In this document: piece after piece, positions 1 through 8,032 of the stretch
Numbering within the stretch: position 1 is the stretch's first letter
Layout: the number at the start of each line of letters is the position of its first letter
NCBI GenBank assembly: GCA_017650795.1
Contig: JAGCEE010000275.1
Location: 1-60,302, forward strand
Direction of reading: 5' to 3'
DNA: 60,302 bases
From: Clostridia bacterium
GTDB taxonomy: Bacteria > Bacillota > Clostridia > Christensenellales > UBA1242
Made by a program: the position numbers and the translations under genes
Notes under the pieces: generated by a model
The model's database searches: none
Seen by the model: the letters and a program-made list of their open reading frames with translations, nothing else
Told to the model about the DNA's origin: nothing

Positions 1-151
1 CCCTATTGTCAAGCAAATTTAACCATGTTTGTACTTTTTTTTATTATTTTTATAATATAAACTTTTTTACTTTTGGTGTGGGGGATGTAGGCTATAATTA
101 AAAACAACAACACTTTAAAAAGTGTGTCAAAAAATAAACAAACAAAGTTAT

Positions 152-181
152 AAAAAAACAGAAAGGTCTTTTCTGTTTTTT
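152..181 (-). terminator. Intrinsic terminator downstream of jag (looks bidirectional)
   Basis: Hairpin ACAGAAAG-GT-CTTTTCTGT (158-176), flanked by an A-run (152-158) and a T-run (176-181). It lies about 40 nt past the jag stop. Confidence 0.6.
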
Positions 182-219
182 ACAAGTATTTTTTTTAAAG
201 TATAAGTTTTTATAAAATC

Positions 220-972
220 TTATTTAATGTTCATTCCTTTTGGGAATATGGTTAAATATCTATATGGTTCTTCACCCCTAGAAACTGTGTCTACATATTT
301 GTCATCAGCAAGTGCTGAGTGAATTATTCTTCTTTCGTTTGCAGTCATTGGCTCTAATTTTACTGGGTGATTTGTTTTTGCAACTTTTCTTGCCATACGA
401 TTTGCAAGGGCAATTAGAGTGTCCTCACGTTTTGCTCGGTAGTTGTTGCAGTCTATTCTAACCTTTTTTGCATGACGATTATTTTTTCCAACATAAACAT
501 TTGTTAAATATTGAATTGCATTTATTCCGTCGCCTCTAAATCCGATTATTTCGGATGCCCCAACAAGATTTAAGAAAACTTCATCATTATTTTCTTCCGA
601 AATAATATCTGCGCTAATTCCTGCGGTTTTTAATAAGCCATCAACAAATTCTTTTGCTTTTTCTACATCTGGCTTACTAGATACTTTTGTTTTTGATTCA
701 ATATGGTCCACAGGTGCTTCGGTATCTTCTTCTTTTGTATATATTGGTTCGGCTTGCTCTTCTTTTTCTTTTTCTTCTAAAACGGCTTTTTTAATTTTGT
801 TATATTTTTCTTCTGCTTCTTCCGAAATAGTCACCAAAACTCTTGCTTTTTTAAAAAATCCGCCCTCATCCAATATTTTAATATCAACATCTTCTCTAGA
901 TGCTCTAAGTTCTAAAAGAGCATTGTCTATTGCTTGTTCTATATTTTTTCCAATTCCTTCGCAAGATAACAT
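220..972 (-). CDS. jag: Jag/KhpB-type RNA-binding protein (Jag_N + KH + R3H)
   Basis: 250-aa ORF. C-terminal R3H-like segment (LEPMTANERRIIHSALADDKYVDTVSRGEEPYRYLTIFP). Last gene of the conserved rpmH-rnpA-yidD-yidC-jag order. Confidence 0.85.
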   Translation of the reverse strand: MLSCEGIGKNIEQAIDNALLELRASREDVDIKILDEGGFFKKARVLVTISEEAEEKYNKIKKAVLEEKEKEEQAEPIYTKEEDTEAPVDHIESKTKVSSKPDVEKAKEFVDGLLKTAGISADIISEENNDEVFLNLVGASEIIGFRGDGINAIQYLTNVYVGKNNRHAKKVRIDCNNYRAKREDTLIALANRMARKVAKTNHPVKLEPMTANERRIIHSALADDKYVDTVSRGEEPYRYLTIFPKGMNIK

Positions 973-1013
973 GTTTTATGTCCTCCTTTGCTTTTATATT
1001 TTTTGCCTATGTT

Positions 1014-2090
1014 TTAGGCTTTTTTATCTTTTTTTTGTATAAATTTATTTATTAGTGGCGCTGTTGCCATACCAAACAACTGGCTGATTACAATGTAAAG
1101 TGAAAATATTGAGTTGTTTTGAAGTGTAAAGTACACCATAATAACCGGAAGTATTATCATAAGCGCCTTGCCAGAACTCTGAGATGGGTCTGGCATATTT
1201 GGATCTGCATGTTTATTTTGAGCTGATTTTTGATTTTTCTTTTTGGTTAATATATATTGATACAAAAATGCAGTCACACCTGCAAGTATTGCCAAAACAA
1301 AAAATCCATTAACGCCAGCCTCTTGGTTTAATGCCGACATAACTGCCTCGTACTCGGCTTTAACTTTTTCCTTTTGTTCGTCGGTTAAGTTTGCTTCCCT
1401 TAATTTTGCAACATTATAATATGTGTCAAAATCTGGAATTGCCTTTTTTAATGGCGAATCGGCTATCCAAACATTTTTTACCCACAAAAACGATTCCTTT
1501 ACTTGTTCGTACTTTTCTTTAACTGCATTTGTTGCAGTTTCTTTTTGAGCATCTGTTGCTGTGGTTGATATTTCTATAATATAGTCCCCAATTTGCTCAG
1601 ACGAAAGATTTAGGTTTTGATAACCTGCCTCATCTATTCCTTCCTTGTCCATAACATATTGTTGAACATATGCATTTTGCAAATTTTCGTACTGTGTTGT
1701 AATTTTGTATGCGGCAACATTATTTAAACTTGCAAATAGGGTTATAAACACGCCAACGCTCATAATCATAACGCCAAGCATTGCAAGGCAAGAGCCCATT
1801 GGGTTAAAACCCTCTTTTCTGTAAAGTTCGCCAAGTTTTTGGTTTTGAATGGTTTTATCGGGATATTTTTTTTGAATTTCCTTCATCTTTGGTGCTAATT
1901 TTTCTTGCACTTCATTCATTTTGGTCGTGGCTCGTCTATTGTAAAAATCAATAGGAAGCGTAATTAGTTTTATGGCAACGGTTAATATGATAACTGCAAG
2001 CGCATAATTTTTGAACACCGAATTAAATGCAAAAATTATATTTTCCCAAACACCATTTGGAAAAACAGCAAGCATTGCTAAATTAGCCAT
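1014..2090 (-). CDS. yidC: YidC/Oxa1-family membrane insertase (SpoIIIJ-like) with an extended extracytoplasmic loop
   Basis: 358-aa ORF. Contains the C1 coiled-coil region (RRATTKMNEVQEKLAPKMKEIQKKYPDK...LGELYRKEGFNPMGSCL), a W-x-NVWIADSP motif and multiple TM segments. Synteny with yidD and jag. Confidence 0.9.
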   Translation of the reverse strand: MANLAMLAVFPNGVWENIIFAFNSVFKNYALAVIILTVAIKLITLPIDFYNRRATTKMNEVQEKLAPKMKEIQKKYPDKTIQNQKLGELYRKEGFNPMGSCLAMLGVMIMSVGVFITLFASLNNVAAYKITTQYENLQNAYVQQYVMDKEGIDEAGYQNLNLSSEQIGDYIIEISTTATDAQKETATNAVKEKYEQVKESFLWVKNVWIADSPLKKAIPDFDTYYNVAKLREANLTDEQKEKVKAEYEAVMSALNQEAGVNGFFVLAILAGVTAFLYQYILTKKKNQKSAQNKHADPNMPDPSQSSGKALMIILPVIMVYFTLQNNSIFSLYIVISQLFGMATAPLINKFIQKKDKKA

Positions 2091-2350
2091 CTTATATCTC
2101 CTTTAATGTTGCATGGCACAGGGTCCACCCCGCACTCATGCCTTGGATTGCACCTTAATACTCTTTTTATTGCCAAATATGTGCCCTTTATAATGCCAAA
2201 CTCGTCTATTGCCTGCAAGGCATAGTTTGAACAAGTTGGCAAATATCTGCATGTTTTTGGCAAGAGTGGCGAAATGGCAAGTTTATATATCCATATAAAT
2301 GCCTTAAACAATAGTTTAAAAGGATACTCAAAAAATTTAATTATTTTCAT
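2078..2350 (-). CDS. yidD: Membrane protein insertion efficiency factor YidD
   Basis: 90-aa ORF with the YidD signature ISPLLPKTCRYLPTCSNYALQAIDEFG. Overlaps rnpA and yidC as is usual for this operon. Confidence 0.9.
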   Translation of the reverse strand: MKIIKFFEYPFKLLFKAFIWIYKLAISPLLPKTCRYLPTCSNYALQAIDEFGIIKGTYLAIKRVLRCNPRHECGVDPVPCNIKGDIRWLI

Positions 2351-2684
2351 TTAATAGCCCTGCCTTTTTAACGGCATCTAGCATTTGAGCCTTAATATCT
2401 AATTGCTCTAAATTCTCTATACCCTCACGAGCCACAAATATATAATTATAACGTCTGTCTACTAATGTATACATCTCGTTAAATGATGCACGCATTCTTC
2501 TTTTAACTTTGTTTCTTACCACACTTTTGCCAATTTTGTTGCTTACCGAAAAGCCAACCTTAAATGGTTTGATTTTAGCTTTAATATAAGCCAAGGCAAC
2601 AAATTTTGTTTTAACATTTTCCCCATGCTTATATATATAATTAAAGTGCTTGTTTTTTTTGAGGCGATTTTCTTTTTTAATCAT
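2337..2684 (-). CDS. rnpA: Ribonuclease P protein component
   Basis: 115-aa basic ORF (KVGFSVSNKIGKSVVRNKVKRRMR) located directly downstream of rpmH. Confidence 0.9.
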   Translation of the reverse strand: MIKKENRLKKNKHFNYIYKHGENVKTKFVALAYIKAKIKPFKVGFSVSNKIGKSVVRNKVKRRMRASFNEMYTLVDRRYNYIFVAREGIENLEQLDIKAQMLDAVKKAGLLNENN

Positions 2685-2702
2685 TTACTACCTCACATAA
2701 AC

Positions 2703-2747
2703 TTGTAAATAGCCAAATAAATCAAATTGCTTAATTGCTATTTACAA
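2703..2747 (-). other. 11-bp perfect inverted repeat (hairpin) in the rpmH-rnpA spacer
   Basis: TTGTAAATAGC (2703-2713) and GCTATTTACAA (2737-2747) with a 23-nt loop, read directly from the sequence. Confidence 0.4.
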
Positions 2748-2773
2748 AACAATCAAAATTTTAAATTAAAAAA

Positions 2774-2908
2774 CTATGCAGAAAGTTTTGCTCTGCCTCT
2801 GTTTCTTCTGCGTTTAAGCACATTTCTTCCAGATTTTGTACTCATTCTTTGGCGGAAGCCGTGAACTTTGCTTCTTTGTCTTTTCTTAGGTTGATAAGTT
2901 CTTTTCAT
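2774..2908 (-). CDS. rpmH: 50S ribosomal protein L34
   Basis: Absent from the ORF track because it is under 60 aa. Manual translation of the minus strand gives [50 protein letters not shown] lies upstream of the ATG at 2908. Confidence 0.95.
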   Translation of the reverse strand: MKRTYQPKKRQRSKVHGFRQRMSTKSGRNVLKRRRNRGRAKLSA

Positions 2909-3142
2909 AGCATTTCTCCTTTTAATTAAAATTGCTTAAAAGTGGCATTAAACGACTAAACACAACTAGCCAAATTAAACTACCCAAAAGTATACCGATT
3001 TACTAAATAATTGTCAATGATTATTGTGTAAATAACGAATAATGAATAATTGAAGACGATTTAATAAATAGCGGGCAGTGAATGGTTAATTTCATTTGCA
3101 TTTATTATTTTTTTTTAATAAAATATTTACAAAGGACAAAAT

Positions 3143-3865
3143 ATGAAACAAATAACAAACGCCAGACGATTTATTGATGCATTTAATCAAATAGATTATG
3201 CAATTAGAGTGCAACACAATTTTAAACGCAGTATGGGTTTTTCCGACATGATAAGACGTGCAAGTTCTATGAACCATATTGTTAGAAAATACGAAGAAGA
3301 TTTAATAGATTTTGGAAGATTGAGAAATGCAATCATTCATGGTAGCAATAGTGACATAATTATTGCAGAGCCACACGAGGACATTGTGGAAAAAATAGAA
3401 AGCCTTGCAAAACTCATAACCACCCCACCAAAGGTTTTAGACGTTTTAAACGAAAAAGAGGTTTTTACGGTAAATTATGACATGCCGATTAAAGCCGTAA
3501 TAGAAAAAATAAGTTCCACACAATATAGTAATTTGCCAATTTATAAAAATGGCGAACTAATTGGTGTGGCAAATGGTCAAAGAATATTAGATGCCCTAGG
3601 AAAATATTTGCTTAACCACGATTCGCTAGATGATTTTATACAAAACACCACAATAGATACCATTGTAAATAGCCAAGTAAACAACAATTATTACGCAGTT
3701 TTGCCTGGTGATGTGACTATTGACAGTATTTTAGAAGAGTTTTTAAAAAATCGTAAACTGCTTGCAATAATTATCACAAAAACCGGCACAATGAACGAGC
3801 CACCACTTGCCATCATTACTTCAACCGATTATATGGAACTAAACAAAATATTAGAAAACTATTAA
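3143..3865 (+). CDS. HEPN-like (RNxxxH) N-terminal domain fused to a tandem CBS pair
   Basis: 240-aa ORF preceded by AAAGGA. The N-terminal ~95 aa is helical and carries FGRLRNAIIHG, which fits the Rx4-6H HEPN motif. The C-terminal ~140 aa shows CBS-pair-like repeats (VFTVNYDMPIKAVIEKI...NLPIYKNGELIGV and AVLPGDVTIDSILEEF...LLAIIITK). Confidence 0.55.
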   Translation: MKQITNARRFIDAFNQIDYAIRVQHNFKRSMGFSDMIRRASSMNHIVRKYEEDLIDFGRLRNAIIHGSNSDIIIAEPHEDIVEKIESLAKLITTPPKVLDVLNEKEVFTVNYDMPIKAVIEKISSTQYSNLPIYKNGELIGVANGQRILDALGKYLLNHDSLDDFIQNTTIDTIVNSQVNNNYYAVLPGDVTIDSILEEFLKNRKLLAIIITKTGTMNEPPLAIITSTDYMELNKILENY

Positions 3866-3941
3866 AATAATATTGCAATATGTTTTAATAAATGTTTATT
3901 AAAAAACAGCTTAATTAGTGGTTTATTAAAAACAATAAAAA

Positions 3942-3967
3942 ATCGAGCATGTTGCTCGATTTTTTTT
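3942..3967. terminator. Bidirectional intrinsic terminator
   Basis: ATCGAGCA-TG-TTGCTCGAT hairpin (3942-3960) followed by a T-run (3961-3967) and preceded by an A-run. It sits between two convergent genes. Confidence 0.75.
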
Positions 3968-4676
3968 AATCGTTTCGCCTTAAAAACACCAACAAAAATC
4001 TTAAAAGGTTTAGTAGCGACACAACCATGGCTGCAACATACGTTAATGCGGCAGCATTTAAAACCTCTCTTGCACCAATAACCTCAGTGTTATCTACAAT
4101 ATCCAATCTTACAAGTTCGTTTATTGCTCTTTTTGATGCATCTAATTCTACCGGCAATGTTATAAGCGAAAACAAAAACGAAAGTCCAAAAACTATTATG
4201 CCACTCCACAAAACCATCTTTCCTATTGGAGAATCAACAGCAAATCCAAGAAACAATCCCAAAAATACTATTGGCCATAGTATTGTGGACGAAATATTGC
4301 TAACCGTCACAACCACACTTCTTAATTTTGCTGGTGCATATCCCCTGCTATGCTGTATGGCATGCCCACATTCATGCGCTGCAACACCAAGAGCAGCAAT
4401 GGTTGATGAACTATATACATTATTGGATAGCGATACTCTTTTTGTTCTTGGGTTAAAATTGTCGGTTAATTCGCCGTCTATTCTCATAACCGAAACATCA
4501 TTTATTCCATTTTCGTTTAGCATTTTTAATACGGCATCTTTCCCTGTGTATCCGTTTGCCGAAATCACCTTTGAGTACTTTGAATAAGTGGTATTTACTC
4601 TTGCCTGCGCCCAAATAGCAAATATAATCCCTGGCAAAAGAATAATTCCCATTAAATAATATTCCCAATACAACAT
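3966..4676 (-). CDS. Membrane zinc metallopeptidase (YugP / Zn_peptidase_2-like)
   Basis: HExxH motif AAHECGHAIQH and C-terminal TM helices. Start refined to the ATG at 4676 (MLYWEYY...), which has AGAGGAGA 8 nt upstream. The track's upstream extension to 4706 overlaps the neighbouring gene. Confidence 0.8.
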   Translation of the reverse strand: MLYWEYYLMGIILLPGIIFAIWAQARVNTTYSKYSKVISANGYTGKDAVLKMLNENGINDVSVMRIDGELTDNFNPRTKRVSLSNNVYSSSTIAALGVAAHECGHAIQHSRGYAPAKLRSVVVTVSNISSTILWPIVFLGLFLGFAVDSPIGKMVLWSGIIVFGLSFLFSLITLPVELDASKRAINELVRLDIVDNTEVIGAREVLNAAALTYVAAMVVSLLNLLRFLLVFLRRND

Positions 4677-4678
4677 AA

Positions 4679-5377
4679 TTATCTCCTCTTTACAAGACCT
4701 GTCCACCTTAACATAATTTTTAATAAATCGGCAACATAAGTTAATTTGGCACTTTTTAAAAACTTATTAGCCATTTTTAATTCGTCATCAGAATAACTCG
4801 CATATATTCTTAAAATATTTATTGCCGTTTTTGAAGCTTCTTTTTCTACACCTATTGTGTAAAGTTTTGAAACAATGGCAATTAAAAAGCAAAGTCCGGC
4901 AAATCCAAAAAGCGAGTATGCAAAAATGTTTTGCTCTACAATTAGTAAAATTATTCCTGCAATTATTGCCGGATTAAAAAGGCTTAATGCTATTTTGCTA
5001 ATGCGTGTTAATTTGGAGCATTTTTGCATTTTTTTCATGTTATCTCTAAACTGAAAGGCATGACCAAGTTCATGAGCACATATTGCAAGCGCCGGAAAAT
5101 TGTAATTGTTTGCATATTTGCTAGAAAGCGTTAACACAAAATTGGACGACATAGAGTCGCTAAAATATTTATCACTATATTTTATTCTAATCCTTCCGCC
5201 AAATTCTATGTTGTTTAAATTATTTGCCAATTCCACGCAAGAAATACCACAAGGAAGATTGGAAAGATTTTTAAATTTTTGAAGCATCTCCTCGCCAGAA
5301 TAATTAACTATTGCAAGACCAATTATGATAAGCAACAAAAAAACTACGGCTAAAATAATTATATATTTTATTTCCAT
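4679..5377 (-). CDS. Second, divergent membrane zinc metallopeptidase paralog
   Basis: N-terminal TM segment, HExxH motif CAHELGHAFQF, and the same TM layout as the downstream paralog. Its stop lies 2 nt before the next gene's start. Confidence 0.65.
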   Translation of the reverse strand: MEIKYIIILAVVFLLLIIIGLAIVNYSGEEMLQKFKNLSNLPCGISCVELANNLNNIEFGGRIRIKYSDKYFSDSMSSNFVLTLSSKYANNYNFPALAICAHELGHAFQFRDNMKKMQKCSKLTRISKIALSLFNPAIIAGIILLIVEQNIFAYSLFGFAGLCFLIAIVSKLYTIGVEKEASKTAINILRIYASYSDDELKMANKFLKSAKLTYVADLLKIMLRWTGLVKRR

Positions 5378-5484
5378 AGTTTTATTATATCTAATTTTTT
5401 ATTTTTGTGTCAAATTAAAGTAAAAAAACAAAACAAATTATAAATAATATATTTATATAAAGTCTAGTTGTTTAATTTACTTAG

Positions 5485-6321
5485 TTATTTTGTCATAAAC
5501 AATATGCCAAGTGTATTTGGACCACAGTGGCTAGATATTGTTGCGCCTGCATTGGTTTTGTATATTTCTTTAAAGCCAGCATTTTTTAGATAATTATATG
5601 CACATTCAACAGCCTCGTCACTTGCAGTCGTGTATGTGACAAATGCAACCGATTTGTCGTTGTTAGAAAATTCTGCAAGTGTGTCTTTGCAGTATTGTCC
5701 CACACAATAATCATAGTTGCCTCTATATTTTTTGTATGGTGCCATCTTTCCATTCTTAACTAATATTTGTGGTCTTATATGAAGAAGGTTTGCTCCAAAA
5801 CAAACGAGCCCAGAACACCTTCCACCTTTTTTTAAATAATCTAATTTATTTAAAACAAAGCCGGCCTGAACCTTGCCTGTATCCTCTTTCATTTGTTCTA
5901 TAATCCTTTCTACGCTATCGCCATTATTTGCCATTTTTGATGCTTTTATTGCAAGTAGTGCAATACCCGTGCTAAGGCTTCGGCTATCTATAATATAAAC
6001 ATTTTTAAACGCCTTACTTGCCTTTACCGCATTTGCATATGCACAACTCATTTCACAAGAAAGTGAAAAATGGATTATTGCATCATGATTTTCTAATAGT
6101 TTAGAAAAATGCTCCTCGTATTGATACTGATTTACTGCACTTGTTTTTGGCAACACTTTCTTTTTTGATACGTAATCAAATATTTCATCTGGTGTAATAA
6201 CCCCATCTAATCCTATTTTGTCGCCCAAAAGAATTGTAAATGGCACAGTGTTTATGCTGTATTTGTCTAAAAGTTCTTTTGGTAAATCTATCGTACTCTC
6301 GGCAGAAATTGCTATTTTCAT
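5485..6321 (-). CDS. DegV-family fatty-acid-binding protein
   Basis: 278 aa. Carries MKIAISAESTIDLP...SAVNQYQYEE...YLKKGGR... and the C-terminal HCGPNTLGILF typical of DegV. Confidence 0.85.
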   Translation of the reverse strand: MKIAISAESTIDLPKELLDKYSINTVPFTILLGDKIGLDGVITPDEIFDYVSKKKVLPKTSAVNQYQYEEHFSKLLENHDAIIHFSLSCEMSCAYANAVKASKAFKNVYIIDSRSLSTGIALLAIKASKMANNGDSVERIIEQMKEDTGKVQAGFVLNKLDYLKKGGRCSGLVCFGANLLHIRPQILVKNGKMAPYKKYRGNYDYCVGQYCKDTLAEFSNNDKSVAFVTYTTASDEAVECAYNYLKNAGFKEIYKTNAGATISSHCGPNTLGILFMTK

Positions 6322-6442
6322 AAATACTCCTTTGCTTTTATTTACACAAATATGCTATACATATTTGCTTTTTATGACCACCTACTTTAAATGTTTGGCT
6401 CTACACCAATAAAAAACTAAAAGTGGAATGACAAAATTCGCA

Positions 6443-6457
6443 TCTACTGGCAGTAGA
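6443..6457. promoter_or_regulatory. Candidate operator palindrome upstream of the XRE regulator
   Basis: TCTACTG-G-CAGTAGA is a perfect 7+1+7 inverted repeat about 50 nt upstream of the ATG at 6508. Confidence 0.35.
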
Positions 6458-6507
6458 ATAAGCAAAAATCATTTGATAAATGTTGAATTTTTTGTTAACA
6501 TATAGTC

Positions 6508-7110
6508 ATGGAACAAAATTATGATGAATTAAAAAACCAAATTGGTAAAAATATAGCAGAATACAGAAAATTGGCAGGTATGTCGCAAATTGATTTTGCA
6601 GAAAAGTTGAATTATTCCGATAAGGCAGTAAGCAAGTGGGAACGAGGCGAATCTTTGCCAGATATTATTGTTTTAAAGCAAATAGCAGATTTGTTTGGAA
6701 TATCGGTAAATGATTTGCTTGGAGAAAAAGATACAAAAAAGAAAAGAATAGATTTAAAAAAACTGCTAAGAAACAAAATTTTTATTTTAACACTCTCTAT
6801 AGGAATTGTTTGGCTTGTGGCAACCATTGTTTGTGTATTTATTTTAATATTTAATGCTCCACAAAAACTTGCTTGGCTTCCTTTTATTTATGCCTTGCCA
6901 ATTAGTGCAATAATATCTATTGTTTTTACTAGCCTTTGGAAACATAGATTGTGGCTTTTTATTAGCCAATCTATGCTCGTTTGGACTTTGGTTTTATCTA
7001 TTTGCCTTTCGGTTGAATATAGTGGAATATGGTATATGTTTATTATTGCCATACCTCTTCAAATATTAATCATTCTTTGGAATTTAATGAAATGGAAAAA
7101 GAAAAATTAA
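6508..7110 (+). CDS. XRE-family HTH regulator fused to a 4-TM membrane domain
   Basis: N-terminal HTH_3 pattern (GKNIAEYRKLAGMSQIDFAEKLNYSDKAVSKWERGESLPDI) followed by hydrophobic helices. Confidence 0.8.
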   Translation: MEQNYDELKNQIGKNIAEYRKLAGMSQIDFAEKLNYSDKAVSKWERGESLPDIIVLKQIADLFGISVNDLLGEKDTKKKRIDLKKLLRNKIFILTLSIGIVWLVATIVCVFILIFNAPQKLAWLPFIYALPISAIISIVFTSLWKHRLWLFISQSMLVWTLVLSICLSVEYSGIWYMFIIAIPLQILIILWNLMKWKKKN

Positions 7111-7253
7111 ACACAGTGTTTAAATATGTAGAAGAAAGCACTCTCACTCACTCGTATTATTTTTGTACCTATAAAAAAATCACGCCATGTTTGTTGGTGT
7201 GATTTTTCAATATTATGTACTCATTTAATTGTTATGACTATAATTTTTGTTTT

Positions 7254-7898
7254 TTATTTTTGTCTTATTTTCTTTTTTAATCTTGCCTTAATTCCAAAAG
7301 AAACAAGCACGATTGACACCGTTGCAACAATAATACATATTGCTCCAATAGTGGTTCTAGAAATACCACCTTTTTTAATTGTGCTAGTTTTTATATAACC
7401 AACAAAAATATCTAAATTATCATCTTGATACTGAATTTTGGTATATGCTTTTAAATAATCTAGTCCGTCCAAAACTTTTATATTTTCGCCTGCTTTTAAA
7501 ATAACTTCGGTTTCTTCATAATTATCTGCCGATTTGTTATAAACCACAGCATCATCTAATAAGCTTGCATTTGTGTCCAACTGTCTTTTAGGTGAGGCGA
7601 TTTCATCTTGACAAACAAAGGACGCAAGCACGTAGCAATTTTGTTCGCCAAAAGCAACATAATAATAATCTAAATCATCATCGCCCAAAACTTTGCTTTC
7701 TTGCAAAAGTTTAAGCTTGTCGCCATATTTTGCCGTTGCAACAACTTCTGCTCCACCACTAGCATTTGCAAAATTATATAGTTCTACCGTGCCATATATT
7801 ACCCTTACATATTTTTCGCCGTCCGCCATGGCACTCATTTTTATTGGCAACACCAAAAGCATTAAACATAACGCAAAAATAAATAATAATTTTTTCAT
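7254..7898 (-). CDS. Secreted, C-terminally TM-anchored protein with two SH3b-like repeats
   Basis: Signal peptide MKKLLFIFALCLMLLVLPIKMSA. Two segments resemble bacterial SH3 (YVRVIYGTVELYN...GDKLKLL and VVYNKS...LKAGENIKVL). C-terminal TM segment plus a KKKIRQK tail. Confidence 0.5.
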   Translation of the reverse strand: MKKLLFIFALCLMLLVLPIKMSAMADGEKYVRVIYGTVELYNFANASGGAEVVATAKYGDKLKLLQESKVLGDDDLDYYYVAFGEQNCYVLASFVCQDEIASPKRQLDTNASLLDDAVVYNKSADNYEETEVILKAGENIKVLDGLDYLKAYTKIQYQDDNLDIFVGYIKTSTIKKGGISRTTIGAICIIVATVSIVLVSFGIKARLKKKIRQK

Positions 7899-8032
7899 GC
7901 TTTAATTATATATTGTTAATTTAATTTTTGCAACAAGAATTATTTAGTCAAATTAGTGTTAATTTTTTTTAAATACCTTTAAGTTATTTGTTAAATATGT
8001 CGAAATTTGTAATAATTTGTATAAAGGTACAA

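Noticed and set aside
4027-4587. 186-aa plus-strand ORF, and similar antisense ORFs in the track. Examples: 797-1042, 12001-12396, 29913-30233, 32539-33012, 36768-37082, 50163-50519, 51358-51759, 57115-57501, 58082-58432.
   Set aside because: Each lies entirely inside a longer opposite-strand gene that has clear family motifs. Their translations are low-complexity shadow sequences (Ser/Phe/Leu/Ile-rich) without an RBS, which is typical of AT-rich genomes.
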